Assembly: GCF_902652985.1 (NCBI RefSeq)
Contig: NC_047019.1
Location: 24,738,001 to 24,802,000, forward strand
Source of the DNA: Pecten maximus
Taxonomy: Eukaryota
Length of the DNA: 64,000 nucleotides
Direction of reading: 5' to 3'
Under the pieces are notes generated by a model. The model had not been told where the DNA came from, did not search any database, and saw only the letters and a list, made by a program, of their open reading frames with translations. Positions 27,701 to 42,000 of the stretch are shown here, piece after piece. Both the position numbers and the translations under genes were made by a program. Positions within the stretch are counted from its first letter, which is position 1. Each line of letters opens with the position of its first letter.

Positions 27701-30700
27701 ACCATGTATTTACATCGTTCTACACCAAACATTCTACCTGGCCACCATGTATTTATATCGCTCTACACCAAACACTCTACCTGGCCACCATGTATTTATA
27801 TAGCTCTACACCAAACACTCTACCTAGCCACCATGTTTTTATATCGTTCTACACCAAACACTTTGCCTGGCCACCATGTATTTATATCGCTCTACACAAA
27901 ACACTCTGCCTGGCCACCATGAATATATATCGCTCTACACAAAACATTTTGCCTGGACACCATGTATTTATATTGTTCTACACCAAACACTCTACCTGGC
28001 CACCATGTATTTATATCGTTCTACACCAAACACTCTACCTAGCCACCATGTTTTTATATTGTTCTACACCAAACACTTTGCCTGGCCACCATGTATTTAT
28101 ATCGCTCTACACAAAACACTCTGCCTGGCCACCATGAATATATATCGCTCTACACAAAACATTTTGCCTGGACACCATGTATTTATATTGTTCTACACCA
28201 AACACTCTACCTGGCCACCATGTATTTATATTGTTCTACACCAACCAACCTGGTCCCCGTGTAAGTATATAGGTCTACACAAAACACTCTAATGGCCACC
28301 ATGTATTTATATTGTTCTACACAAAACACTCTGCCTGGCCACCATGTATCTATATTGTTCTACACCAAACACTCTACCTGGCCACCATGTATCTATATTG
28401 TTCTACACCAAACACTCTACCTGGCCACCATGTATTTATATCGTTATACACCAAACACTCTACCTGGCCACCATGTATTTATATCGTTATACACCAAACA
28501 CTCTACCTGGCCACCATGTATTTATATCGTTCTACACCAAACAACCTGGTCCCCGTGTATGTATATAGGTCTACACCAAACACTCTGCCTGGCCACCATG
28601 TATTTATATCGTTCTACACCAAACACTCTACCTGGCCACCATGGTTATATATCGTTCTACAACAAACAATTTACCTGGCCACCATGTATTTATATCGCTC
28701 TACACAAAACACTCTACCTGGCCACCATGTATTTATATCCTTCTACACCAAACAACCTGGTCCCCGTGTATGTATATAGCTCTACACAAAACACTCTGCC
28801 TGGCCACCATGTATTTATATCGTTCTACACCAAGCAACCTGGTCCCCGTGTATGTATATAGGTCTACACCAAACACTCTACCTGGCCACCATGTATTTAT
28901 ATCGTTCTACACCAAACACTCTACCTGGTCCCCGTGTATGTATATAGGTCTACACAAAACACTCTACCTGGCCATCATGTATTTATATCGCTCTACACCA
29001 AACACTCTACCTGGCCACCATGTATTGATATCGTTCTACACAAAACACTCTACCTGGCCACCATGTATTTATATCGCTCTACACCAAACACTCTGCCTGG
29101 CCACCATGTATTTATATAGCTCTACACCAAACACTCTACCTGGCCACCATGTATTTATATCGTTCTACACCAAACACTCTAATGGCCACCATGTATTTAT
29201 ATAGCTCTACACCAAACACTCTACCTAGCCACCATGTATTGATATCGTCCTACACCAAACACTCTACCTGGCCACCATGTATTTATATAGCTCTACACCA
29301 AACACTCTGCCTGGCCACCATGCATTTATATCGTTCTACACCAAACACTCTGCCTGGCAACCATGTATTGATATCGCTCTACACCAAACAACCTGGTCCT
29401 CGTGTATGTATATAGCTCTATACCAAACACTCTGCCTGGCCACCATATATTTATATCGCTCTACACAAAACACTCTGCCTGGCCACCATGTATTTATATC
29501 GTTCTACACCAAACACTCTACCTGGCCACCATGGATATATATCGCTCTACACCAAACACTCTACCTGGCCACCATGTATTGATATCGTTCTACACCAAAC
29601 ACTCTACCTGGCCACCATGGTTATATATCGTTCTACAACAAACAATTTACCTGGCCACCATGTATTTATATCGCTCTACACAAAACACTCTACCTGGCCA
29701 CCATGTATTTATATCCTTCTACACCAAACAACCTGGTCCCCGTGTATGTATATAGCTCTACACAAAACACTCTGCCTGGCCACCATGTATTTATATCGTT
29801 CTACACCAAACAACCTGGTCCCCGTGTATGTATATAGGTCTACACCAAACACTCTACCTGGCCACCATGTATTTATATCGTTCTACACCTAACAACCTGG
29901 TCCCCGTGTATGTATATAGGTCTACACAAAACACTCTACCTGGCCATCATGTATTTATATCGCTCTACACCAAACACTCTACCTGGCCACCATGTATTTA
30001 TATCGTTCTACACAAAACACTCTACCTGGCCACCATGTATTTATATCGCTCTACACCAAACACTCTGCCTGGCCACCATGTATTTATATAGCTCTACACC
30101 AAACACTCTACCTGGCCACCATGTATTTATATCGTTCTACACCAAACACTCTAATGGCCACCATGTATTTATATAGCTCTACACCAAACACTCTACCTAG
30201 CCACCATGTATTGATATCGTCCTACACCAAACACTCTACCTGGCCACCATGTATTTATATAGCTCTACACCAAACACTCTGCCTGGCCACCATGCATTTA
30301 TATCGTTCTACACCAAACACTCTGCCTGGCAACCATGTATTGATATCGCTCTACACCAAACAACCTGGTCCTCGTGTATGTATATAGCTCTATACCAAAC
30401 ACTCTGCCTGGCCACCATATATTTATATCGCTCTACACAAAACACTCTGCCTGGCCACCATGTATTTATATCGTTCTACACCAAACACTCTACCTGGCCA
30501 CCATGGATATATATCGCTCTACACCAAACACTCTACCTGGCCACCATGTATTGATATCGTTCTACACCAAACACTCTAATGGCCACCATGTATTGATATC
30601 GCTCTACACAAAACACTCTACCTGACCAAAATGTATTGATATCGTTCTACACCAAACACTCTACCTGGCCACCATGTATATATATTGTTCTACACCAAAC

Positions 30701-33700
30701 AACCTGGTCCTCGTGTATGTATATAGGTCTACACGAAACACTCTACCTGGCCACCATGAATGAATATCGTTCTACAACAAACACTCTACCTGGCCACCAT
30801 GTATTTATATTGTTCTACACCAAACACTCTACCTGGCCACCATGTATTGATATCGTTCTACACCAAACACTCTAATGGCCACCATGTATTTATATCGTTC
30901 TACACCAAACACTCTACCTGGCCAACATGGATATATATCGTTCTAAAACAAACAATTTACCTGGCCACCATGTATTTATATCGTTCTACACAAAACACTC
31001 TGCCTGGCCACCATGTATTGATATCGCTCTACACCAAACAACCTGGTCCTCGTGTATGTATATAGCTCTACACCAAATACTCTGCCTGGCCAGCAGGTAT
31101 TTATATAGCTCTACACCAAACACTCTACTTGGCCACCATGTATTTATATCGTTCTACACCAAATACTCTAATTGCCACCATGTATTGATATTGTTCTTCA
31201 CAAAACACTCTAATGGCCACCATGTATTTATATAGCTCTACACCAAACACTTTGCCTGGCCACCATGTATTTATATAGCTCTACACCAAACACTCTGCCT
31301 GGCCACCATGTATTTATATCGTTCTACACCAAACACTCTACTTGGCCACCATGTATTTATATAGCTCTACACCAAACACTCTACCTAGCCACCATGTATT
31401 TATATCGTTCTACACCAAACACTCTAATGGCCACCATGGATATATATCGCTCTACACCAAACACTCTACCTGACCACAATGTATTTATATAGCTCTACAC
31501 CAAACACTCTACCTGGCCACCATGGATATATATCGCTCTACACCAAACACTCTACCTGGCCACCATGTATTTATATCGTTATACACCAAACACTCTACCT
31601 GGCCACCATGGATATATATCGCTCTACACCAAACACTCTGCCTGGCCACCATGTATTTATATCGTTCTACACCAAACACTCTACTTGGCCACCATGTATT
31701 TATATTGTTCTACACCAAACACTCTAATGGCCACCATGTATTTATATCGCTCTACACCAAACAATTTGCCTGGCCACCATGTATTTATATAGCTCTACAC
31801 CAAACACTCTACCTGGCCACAATGTATTTATATCGTTCTACACCAAACACTCTACCTGGCCACCATGTATTTACATCGTTCTACACCAAACATTCTACCT
31901 GGCCACCATGTATTTATATCGCTCTACACCAAACACTCTACCTGGCCACCATGTTTTTATATCGTTCTACACCAAACACTTTGCCTGGCCACCATGTATT
32001 GATATCGCTCTACACAAAACACTCTGCCTGGCCACCATGAATATATATCGCTCTACACAAAACATTTTGCTTGGACACCATGTATTTATATTGTTCTACA
32101 CCAAACACTCTACCTGGCCACCATGTATTTATATCGTTCTACACCAAACAACCTGGTCCTCGTGTATGTATATATCTCTACACAAAACACTCTAATGGCC
32201 ACCATGTATTTATATTGTTCTACACCAAACACTCTGCCTGGCCACCATGTATTTATATTGTTCTACACCAACCAACCTGGTCCCCGTGTAAGTATATAGG
32301 TCTACACAAAACACTCTAATGGCCACCATGTATTTATATTGTTCTACACAAAACACTCTGCCTGGCCACCATGTATCTATATTGTTCTACACCAAACACT
32401 CTACCTGGCCACCGTGTATTTATATTGTTCTACACAAAAAAACTCTACCTGGCCACCATGTATTTATATAGCTCTACACCAAACACTCTACCTAGCCACC
32501 ATGTATTGATATCGTTCTACACCAAACACTCTAATGGCCACCATGTATTTATATCGTTCTACACAAAACACTCTACCTGGCCACCATGTATTTATATCGC
32601 TCTACACCAAACACTCTAATGGCCACCATGTATTTATATAGCTCTACACAAAACATTTTGCCTGGCCACCATGTATTGATATCGCTCTACACCAAACACT
32701 TTGCCTGGCCATCATGTATTTATATAGCTCTACACCAAACACTCTACCTGGCCACCATGTATTTATATCGTTATACACCAAACACTGCCTGGCCACCATG
32801 GATATATATCGTTATACACCAAACACTCTAATGGCCACCATGTATTTATATCGTTCTACACAAAACACTCTACCTGGCCACCATGTATTTATATCGCTCT
32901 ACACCAAACACTCTAATGGCCACCATGTATTTATATAGCTCTACACAAAACGTTTTGCCTGGCCACCATGTATTGATATCGCTCTACACCAAACACTTTG
33001 CCTGGCCATCATGTATTTATATAGCTCTACACCAAACACTCTACCTGGCCACCATGTATTTATATCGTTATACACCAAACACTCTGCCTGGCCACCATGT
33101 ATTTATATCGCTCTACACCAAACACTCTACCTGGCCACCATGTATTTATATCGTTATACACCAAACACTCTGCCTGGCCACCATGTATTTATATAGCTCT
33201 ACACCAAACACTCTACCCGGCCACCATGTATTTATATCGTTATACACCAAACACTCTGCCTGGCCACCATGTATTTATATAGCTCTACACCAAACACTCT
33301 ACCTGGCCACCATGTATTTATATCGTTCTACACCAAACACTCTGCCTGGCCACCATGTATTTATATAGCTCTACACCAAACACTCTGCCTGGCCACCATG
33401 CATTTATATCGTTCTACACCAAACACTCTACCTGGCCACCATGGATATATATCGTTCTACACCAAACAACCTGGTCCCCGTGTATGTATATAGGTCTACA
33501 CCAAACACTCTGCCTGGCCACCATGTATTTATATCGCTCTACACAAAACACTCTGCCTGGCCACCATGTATTTATATCGTTCTACACCAAACAACCTGGT
33601 CCTCGTGTATGTAAATAGCTCTATACCAAACACTCTGCCTGGCCACCATGTATTTATTCGCTCTACACAAAACACTCTGCCTGGCCACCATGTATTGATA

Positions 33701-35100
33701 TCGTTCTACACCAAACACTCTAATGGCCACCATGTATTTATATTGTTCTACACCAAACACTCTACCTGGCCACCATGGATATAAATCGTTCTACACCAAA
33801 CACTCTACCTGGCCACCATGGATATATATCGTTCTTCACCTAACACTCTACCTGGCCACCATGGATATACTGTAAACGTACTTAAATTGTAAAATATGAT
33901 TTATTAGCGTGGACGTGAATTAGCGCAGTCGTCCCGACTACGCTAAAAAAATCCGGAAAATATTTCAGTTCTAAAATTAGGCACCGACAAAACAGGCAAG
34001 CACTGACAGACGACCCGTGTTCTAAAATTAGACATCGACTAAACATGCGACCACTGATAGATGTATGAATAGACGACCCGTGTTCTACAGATAAGTCACT
34101 AGTGAACTGTTTTCATTAAAATTACATGTGAGTTGTAGTTGTTATGTTATTTATTAACTTCCCAAAGCCGATTTCAGTATTCTGAATTTCACCATGTTGA
34201 AAAGATGGTTAGTGTCGGCTGTCAATTCCCCACCGCCATCGGCAACTTTATCAGAGGTGTTGGTAATAAAAGTTGAGCTTACAGAGAGTATTTTTTGTGA
34301 TTAGTCTAAACAAACATTTTATCCAGCTATTGGGCTGTCCTACGACTTCAATAGGGCATATCAGGTATTACCTGTGTTGGATATATTCCCCCTGTTTGAT
34401 ACCAATGGAATATTCTAGCTACATTGTAGTAGTGGTATCGACAAATGATGGCCGCCGGCTTGCATTGACTACCGTTATACGTAAGTACACTTGTGTAAAT
34501 ATTCAGTTTTAAATTCAAAATTTTAGCGCTGTACATGAATTAGCGCTCCACAAAGAGCGCGAAAAGCGCTAAAATTAAACTACCGCTAAAATAAGTACGT
34601 TTATGGTATATCGTTCTACAACAAACACTCTAATGGCTACCATGTATTTATATCGCTCTACACCAAACACTCTAATGACCACCATGGATATATATCGTTC
34701 TACATCAACACTCTGTCTGGCCACCGTGTATTTATATCGTTCTACACCAAACACTCTAATGGCCACCATGTATTTATATCGTTCTACACCAAACAACCTG
34801 GTCCCCGTGTATGTATATAGGTCTAAACCAAACACTCTACCTGGCCACCATGTATTTATATCGCTCTACACCAAACACTCTACCTGGCCAACATGTATTG
34901 ATATCGCTCTACACCAAACACTCTAATGGCCATCATGTATTTATATAGTTCTATACCAAACCCTCTACCTGGCCACCGTGGATTTATATCTCTCTACACC
35001 AAACACTCTACCTGGCCACCATGGATATATATCGTTCTACACCAAACACTCTACCTGGCCACAATGTATTTATATCGCTCTACACCAAACATACTATCTA
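18752..35100. repeat. 43-bp satellite array (roughly 360-370 units) with higher-order repeats
   Basis: Consensus CTACACCAAACACTCTACCTGGCCACCATGTATTTATATCGTT, with 42-bp (..CTCTAATGGCC..) and 39-bp (..CAACCTGGTCCCCGTGTATGTATATAGGT) variants. It accounts for the periodic ORFs in 18.7-35.2 kb. Confidence 0.98.
33870..34606. mobile_element. MITE with TA target duplication inserted in the satellite
   Basis: TA|CTGTAAACGTACTTA...TAAGTACGTTTATGG|TA; removing it and one TA restores the unit GGATATATATCG; subterminal TTAGCG/CGCTAA repeats. Confidence 0.85.
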
Positions 35101-36083
35101 CACAATCTCATACTAACGGGGTCATTATGTATGCATAGGAATTATAAGTCTGTAAGCCGATCATTGATGATAAATCTTAATGTGTATTTAAATGCTTGAT
35201 CTGATTCAAATAACGATCATATTTTCTTCTCGTCGACGGCTTCTAATACAAATAATGAGCCAGATATTTTAATTAAAAATATACATGCGGTTTGAATCTG
35301 ATACAACGACCAAAATTCTTGTTTAGTGTGAAGTTTTTAGTAAAAATCAAAGTAAGACTAGCATGTGTTTATATATGATTACTGAGACAATCAAAAAGCT
35401 GCCATTTCACCTGCAATGTGAGGTAAAATGTGATTTATAAGTATGTTATTTCATGAGTGATACCATACTACAAACATGCATAGCAGTAAAATAAGGTATA
35501 GTTGGGGGTTTTACAGTCGGAACTAGTTTGTGAGTATTAAATTTTGCGCAACACTGTCTTCTGCATATTCTGAAGTATATGCTACCACCCATGTTTATAT
35601 TCGTTGGGTATCTATTTTCGTGAAATACTTATTGACCGGAGATATAGATATTATTTATGTAGAAATATTTGCAGATTTACACATTTCTTACTATCTACTG
35701 AGTTCAAACTCAAAGAAAAATAGATACAAACCATAAAGAGATAAAAAAAAAAAAAAATAACTCAAAATCGACATGTTCTATTTTAGAAGCAGAATGTTTG
35801 CAAAAAGTACCTCATTTATTAAAACACATTTAAATGTTGATTTGGTAACTTCTTTATTATTAGTATTAGTTGGTAAGAAATAAGTGACTTGGTGGCGTAG
35901 TACTGTACATCCTTGATAAATCGTTACAGTTATCATGTTTTCACGCGCATATACAAACAAATTGAGATTGTAATCAGGTCCAGGCGCTTTACTGTCAAAA
36001 TGACCGTCACTGCATGACCATGGATATGGCTGATAAAGCATGAGTTTACAAAATAAAATCTTTGAAGTCAAAATAACTTGATT

Positions 36084-39000
36084 TTAAATCTTAACTTCAA
36101 GATAAGGACAAGGACAGGCAGATAGGCATTGGATTTTCACCTTCCTGCAATTGATAAAAATGAAGGTTACGTATTGTAACTAGTCATATTAATATGTCGA
36201 TCACTGTACATCATGTTTTTCTAGATAGTAAAAAATAATTTGAATATTATGTTATTAAGATTCATACAAAACATTTTCCATTACTCTATATTCCAAATAT
36301 TATAAATTCACATGTACAGTGTATTCTACATCTTGCATTTCGTATGAAATAAATACAGGAACGACGATACAGCTGTATGTTCCAGTGTTTAGTTTATTAT
36401 CGATATTGAATATTTTGACCTATCGTTTCTTTATTCATCTTCAATGTGATATTAATGTTCCAACACCTTAAACAACTATATGAGTATATACGGAGTCACA
36501 CATACTTGCATAACGCTAAGCATAGATTTTTGTATGTCCTTCCGTCCGCTCCACATACTGGGCTTTTGCGTGGTGGACACATACTGCATTTGTTTCTTGA
36601 ACACGGACACCTGCCTTTACACTTGACCAGGACATTTCTGAAGACAATAATAGTATACACATATTAAGCATGGTATACCACTACTTGTCATCCCTGACGA
36701 GTGCTAGAAGGACAAAGCAGCTGTATGGTACAATTTAGTTCATTTTTTCTCTAGTATCTAGCTTTCAAATTGATTGAAAGTATCTTACCATTCCATACTG
36801 CCTTCATCGCCCCATGTATTTGTGACACCAAACGATAGAATACGACGATGTTAAAACTTGTGATTACTAATGACGCAACCGTATTCAAAATTCACTTAAA
36901 ATGGTATGTTCACCTTTAACATACTATTATTATTATTGATACATTTATCCTTGGAATCCACGGCATTGCATCAAATATTTCAAAATCACCATACACACAT
37001 TGTTTGTCAGCGGTAAGTTCAATAAAACAATCAAATTATACCGAAAGTCCTAGGTGGCGCTTCTTGGGTAGTCAATGATGACAAAAGTAAACAAAATAGT
37101 TCCAACATATATACATATATATTTCTTTTAATCATTTTTGATAGTAACTGCCTCTAAGTTTATCATAACAGCTCATTCTACAGTGTATCATCTCTTATAA
37201 AAGCATAATAAACAAGTAACACTAGTAACAAGTTAAGATACCGTGATTGGTTCTTAGCTGGCAGCTCCTATTGAGTTCAAATGTGACTTCTCATAATCAT
37301 GTTTTGTTACGTCATACAAGAGCCGTGGAGTAAGTCGCACGTTTAATAATGAATATGCCGTTTTAACGACAATTTACAACCACATTTTTCATTTAATTTA
37401 ATAACGGTAAAAAATATTTCTATTTCACGATTATTTCTGTTTCTCTTTTGTTCCTCCTAAAATGATATTTAAAAAAAGTCGGACTCCTTTCATCAGTATA
37501 ATATAGTATTTTAGGGAGATATATCAATTTACTTACTTGCATACAGCTGAACAAGCATTTGGGTATGTCTTTCTATCCGCCCCACATACTGGTTTGCCTG
37601 TTGCAGGACATTTACACTTTTTACACGGGCACTTTCCGTTACATTGGGCTTTAACATTCCTGGAGAATCGACAACACAAGTATTTTCTTAAATATGATCA
37701 TTATGCATAACTACTAGTTGTACTGAGAGAAAATACATTCGTGTAAATATAATATATCTGCCTTCTCATATCTCTTAGAAATGATGCAAGTTACTCAATC
37801 ATGAATATTTGAAAATCTCACGTTAAGTCCAATCATACATGCTTTTCTTATACATGACTATTATACAGTATACTCATGTATTTCAAACAATTTGTATCTT
37901 TATGCAGATGTTTTCGTATAGTGCTATTTAGTAGAATGTTACATGGGATAGCACCACATAGCAGATTGCCTCTAGGTATGGTGCTACATAGTTTAATGAT
38001 ACAGGGTATGATACTACATAGTAGAATGGTACACTACAGGGTATTATACTACATAGTAGAATGTTACATGTATTATATCATATAGTAGAATATTACAGGT
38101 ATTACACTACATAGTAGAATGTTACGGGGTATGGTACTACGTAATAGAATGTTATGGGTCATGGTACTACATAGTAGAATGTTACAGGGTTTTACACTAC
38201 ATAATAGAATGTTATGGGGCATGGTACTACGTATTAGAATGTAAGGGAATATGGTACTACAGATAATACTACTCAACAAAACTTGAATATAGAAAAGGTA
38301 AGATTCGATGAACATACTTGCAACGTGCTGAACATGAATTGAGGTATGTCTTTCCGTCCGTCCCGCAAACTTGAGCCTTAAAAGGAGGACATCTACACGT
38401 CTTGTTACACGGACACCTACCAGGGCATTTCGCTCGGACTTTTCTGTAAAACATAATTGTGAACTACAGTTTTGTTTAAAAGACAAAACCTGTTGTATAC
38501 TAGCTATTATTTATTCTCGGATGCATTTGAATTAAAAGTCATTACATATGCAAAAAGGCATGCGCTCTTTGATAGGATTGAACAGTTGTATTTTTATCTG
38601 CTTTAATACTGATATAAAATGTTAAATGCCACAGTATAGCAAATCTCCTCAAACGACAGGTATCCAAGCTTTCTCGCTGTTACCTAATTCATCTTTAATG
38701 TGATATTCAGGTTGTATCAATTTAAACAAATATATGGTTATTACACTACATAGTAGAATGGTGCGGGGTATGGTACTACGTAATAGAATGTTATGGGGCA
38801 TGGTACTACGTATTAGAATGTAAGGGAATATGGTACTACAGATAATACTACTCAACAAAACTTGAATATAGAAAAGGTAAGATTCGATGAACATACTTGC
38901 AACGTGCTGAACATGAATTGAGGTATGTCTTTCCGTCCGTCCCGCAAACTTGAGCCTTAATAGGAGGACATCTACACGTCTTGTTACACGGACACCTACC

Positions 39001-42000
39001 AGGGCATTTCGCTCGGACTTTTCTGTAAAACATAATTGTGAACTACAGTTTTGTTTAAAAGACAAAACCTGTTGTATACTAGCTATTATTTATTCTCGGA
39101 TGCATTTGAATTAAAAGTCATTACATATGCAAAAAGGCATGCGCTCTTTGATAGGATTGAACAGTTGTATTTTCATTTGATTTATACTGATATAAAATGT
39201 TAAATGCCACAGTATAGCAAATCTCCCCTAACGACAGGTATCCAAGCTTTCTCGCTGTTACTTAATTCATCTTTAATGTGATGTTCAGGTTGCATCAATT
39301 TAAACAACTATATGGTTATTTACGAAGTAACACATACTTGCATGATGCTGAGCATATATTCCTGTATGTTTTCCCGTCCGATCCACACACTGGGCTATTG
39401 GTTGGTGGACACCTACATGGTATCTTTGAACACGGACACCTGCCTTTACACTTTACCAGGACATTTCTGACAACAAAAGAGTATGCATAGACATAACATG
39501 ATATGCCGTTGTCATGTCTGACGAGTCCTAGAAAGACGAAACAGCTGAATGATATACTTTAATTCATTTCCCCAACTGTATCCAACTTTCAATTTGTTTG
39601 AAAGGTCCTTATATCGTATGTATGTAATCATTGTGTATGTATGTTATACCATCCCCTGCTGTCTGATCTACTCATATATTTGTGACATATGTGCTACACC
39701 CAATGATACAACATGTGAGTACAAATATGGCGATGTTTAAATGAGTACACGTGACAAATATTACAACCATAGTCAAAATGCATTTAAAGTGTAACGTGCA
39801 CTTTTTATAGAAAACAAAACAACACCATATAAGTTTACATTGTAACCATAGCATTGGATAAAACATTTAAAACATTGCCTTATACACATTATAATTATAC
39901 TTTGTAACCATGGCATTGGATAAAACATTCAAAACATTGCCATATACACATTGTTTGATGGTTGATCAGCGGTGTGGTTGATAAAACAGATAAATTATAC
40001 CGGAAGTACTAGGTGATGATAAAAGGGATGTCAAGGATGACGGCAAAAGTAAACAAATTGATTTAAGATTTTTTTTTTTTTTTTTTGCAGTGTCTGCCTC
40101 TAAATTTATCATAACTGCACGTTCTACAAAATATCTTCACCTTTAAAAAATAAATGATAGAAAACATTCAACATCAGATGTCACGTTACACGTTAAGGTG
40201 GTTTATTTCAAATGTGACGTCTTATAGGCGTCATATGTATTGTAACGTCATGCAAGAGGCGTGTAGTAAGTTGCACGTGTCCTTCTTTACAGAATAAAGG
40301 ATGATGTTTAACAAGTGATTTCAACCGTAGTCAAAATTTGTTTCAAATGTTACGTGCACATTCAATATAATACAGACAATACAAAACGATCCTTATATTT
40401 ACACTATGGAACCACGGCATTGCACAAAACATTTCAATATTACCTTATAAACATCGTTTGATCAGCAGTAAATTGTTTAACTCATTTATTTTGGATAGTA
40501 TCTGCCGCAAGGTTTATCATAACTGCACATTCTACAACATATCTTAATCCTTTACTAGGTCGTCATAACAACATTACACATCAAATGTCATTTATTACGT
40601 TACGAAACCATGATTAGCGGTTAACTGACGTTATAGGCACCATATGTATTGTCACGTTATCCAAGAGGCGTGGAGTAAATCGATCGTTTTGTTTCATAAT
40701 TCCGGTAGCACTCAATATGCCGTTTTGATAAACAACCACATTTTTCTTTGTGATAAACGGTGAAAAAAACATCTGTTTCCATTTCACAATTATTTTTGTT
40801 TCTCATTTTTATCTCTTAAAAGTTGAAGTCGTTTCATCCATTTTGCATACCCTTTAAACGCAAAATATCAATGTACTTACTTGCAAACAGCTGCACAAGA
40901 ATTCGGATATGTCTTTCTATCCGCCCCACATACTGGTTTGCCTGTTGCAGGACATTTACACTTTCTACATGGGCACTTTCCGTTACATTCGACTCTAACA
41001 TTCCTTGAGAATCGATAACATAAATATCTTATTTAATATGATCATTATGCATAGCTTTTAGTTGAACTGAGAGGAAATATATTTACTGTTAGTGCAATAT
41101 ATCTGCCTTTTCACATCTTTCACTTTGGATAATGTTCTGATACATGACTTATACTAATGCCACCTTTTATTAAATTTTAGCCTGTGGAATATAGAACATT
41201 ATCACACTGATAAAACATATATTTTCACTGCAGTGATGCGCAGTGAAAATCTAAGAGTTTGCGGTTGTTATTTCGAATAATTAAATTGGTCTAGCTCCTT
41301 CCAGTAGGCAGATATAGAAAAAAATAAGTATTTTAAGGCCTCATTCGAATTGTAATAAAAAGAAAATTGAATGTTTTGCCGTTTGATATCAACCATATTT
41401 CATTCCTATGGAAGTTTTTTTTAAATATTTGCACTCGTACTGTGAAATATTTTCAAAAATCTGTCATACTCATAGAATGTATTTGATATAAAACGGCAAA
41501 CCATTGAATATCCTCTATGTGCTTCTACTTAATACATGTATTGCAAACAATTTCCATCGTTAAACATGATAAGGTTTATCTATATAGGCTAAGTTCTGAA
41601 ATTTTAAATATGTGGACAATTACACATAAACTGGACTTTAGAAAAAAACAGATTTCATTCAAATGTTATCTTTTGCGGAAGTTAATAAATTTAATTAACA
41701 TTGCAAAGATTTTGCTATAGTGATATATAGTAGAATGATACAGTGCTATATATTATAACGTTACAGAGTATGATGCTACAAAGTAGAATGCTACAAGATA
41801 TGGTGCTAAATAGTAGCATGTTGCAAAGTATTGTCATATTTAGTATACTGTTAACAATAAAAGTGCTACATAGTAGAATGTTACAAAGTATGATGATACA
41901 TGTACTTAATAGAATGCTACAGGGTATGGTGCTACATAGTAGAATGTTACAAGGTATGGTGCTACATAGTAGAATGTTACAGGGTATGGTGCTACATAGT

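Noticed and set aside
18900-33860. CTCF-site array (TGGCCACCA)
   Set aside because: Only the 5' half matches; the essential GGGGGCGC half is replaced by TGTATTT.
18752-35100. CRISPR array
   Set aside because: Units abut with no unique spacers, there are no cas genes, and the DNA is eukaryotic.
18724-35199. The many overlapping ORFs as protein-coding genes
   Set aside because: They are translations of a 43-bp satellite in all three frames, with frequent frame-breaking variants and no splice or gene structure.
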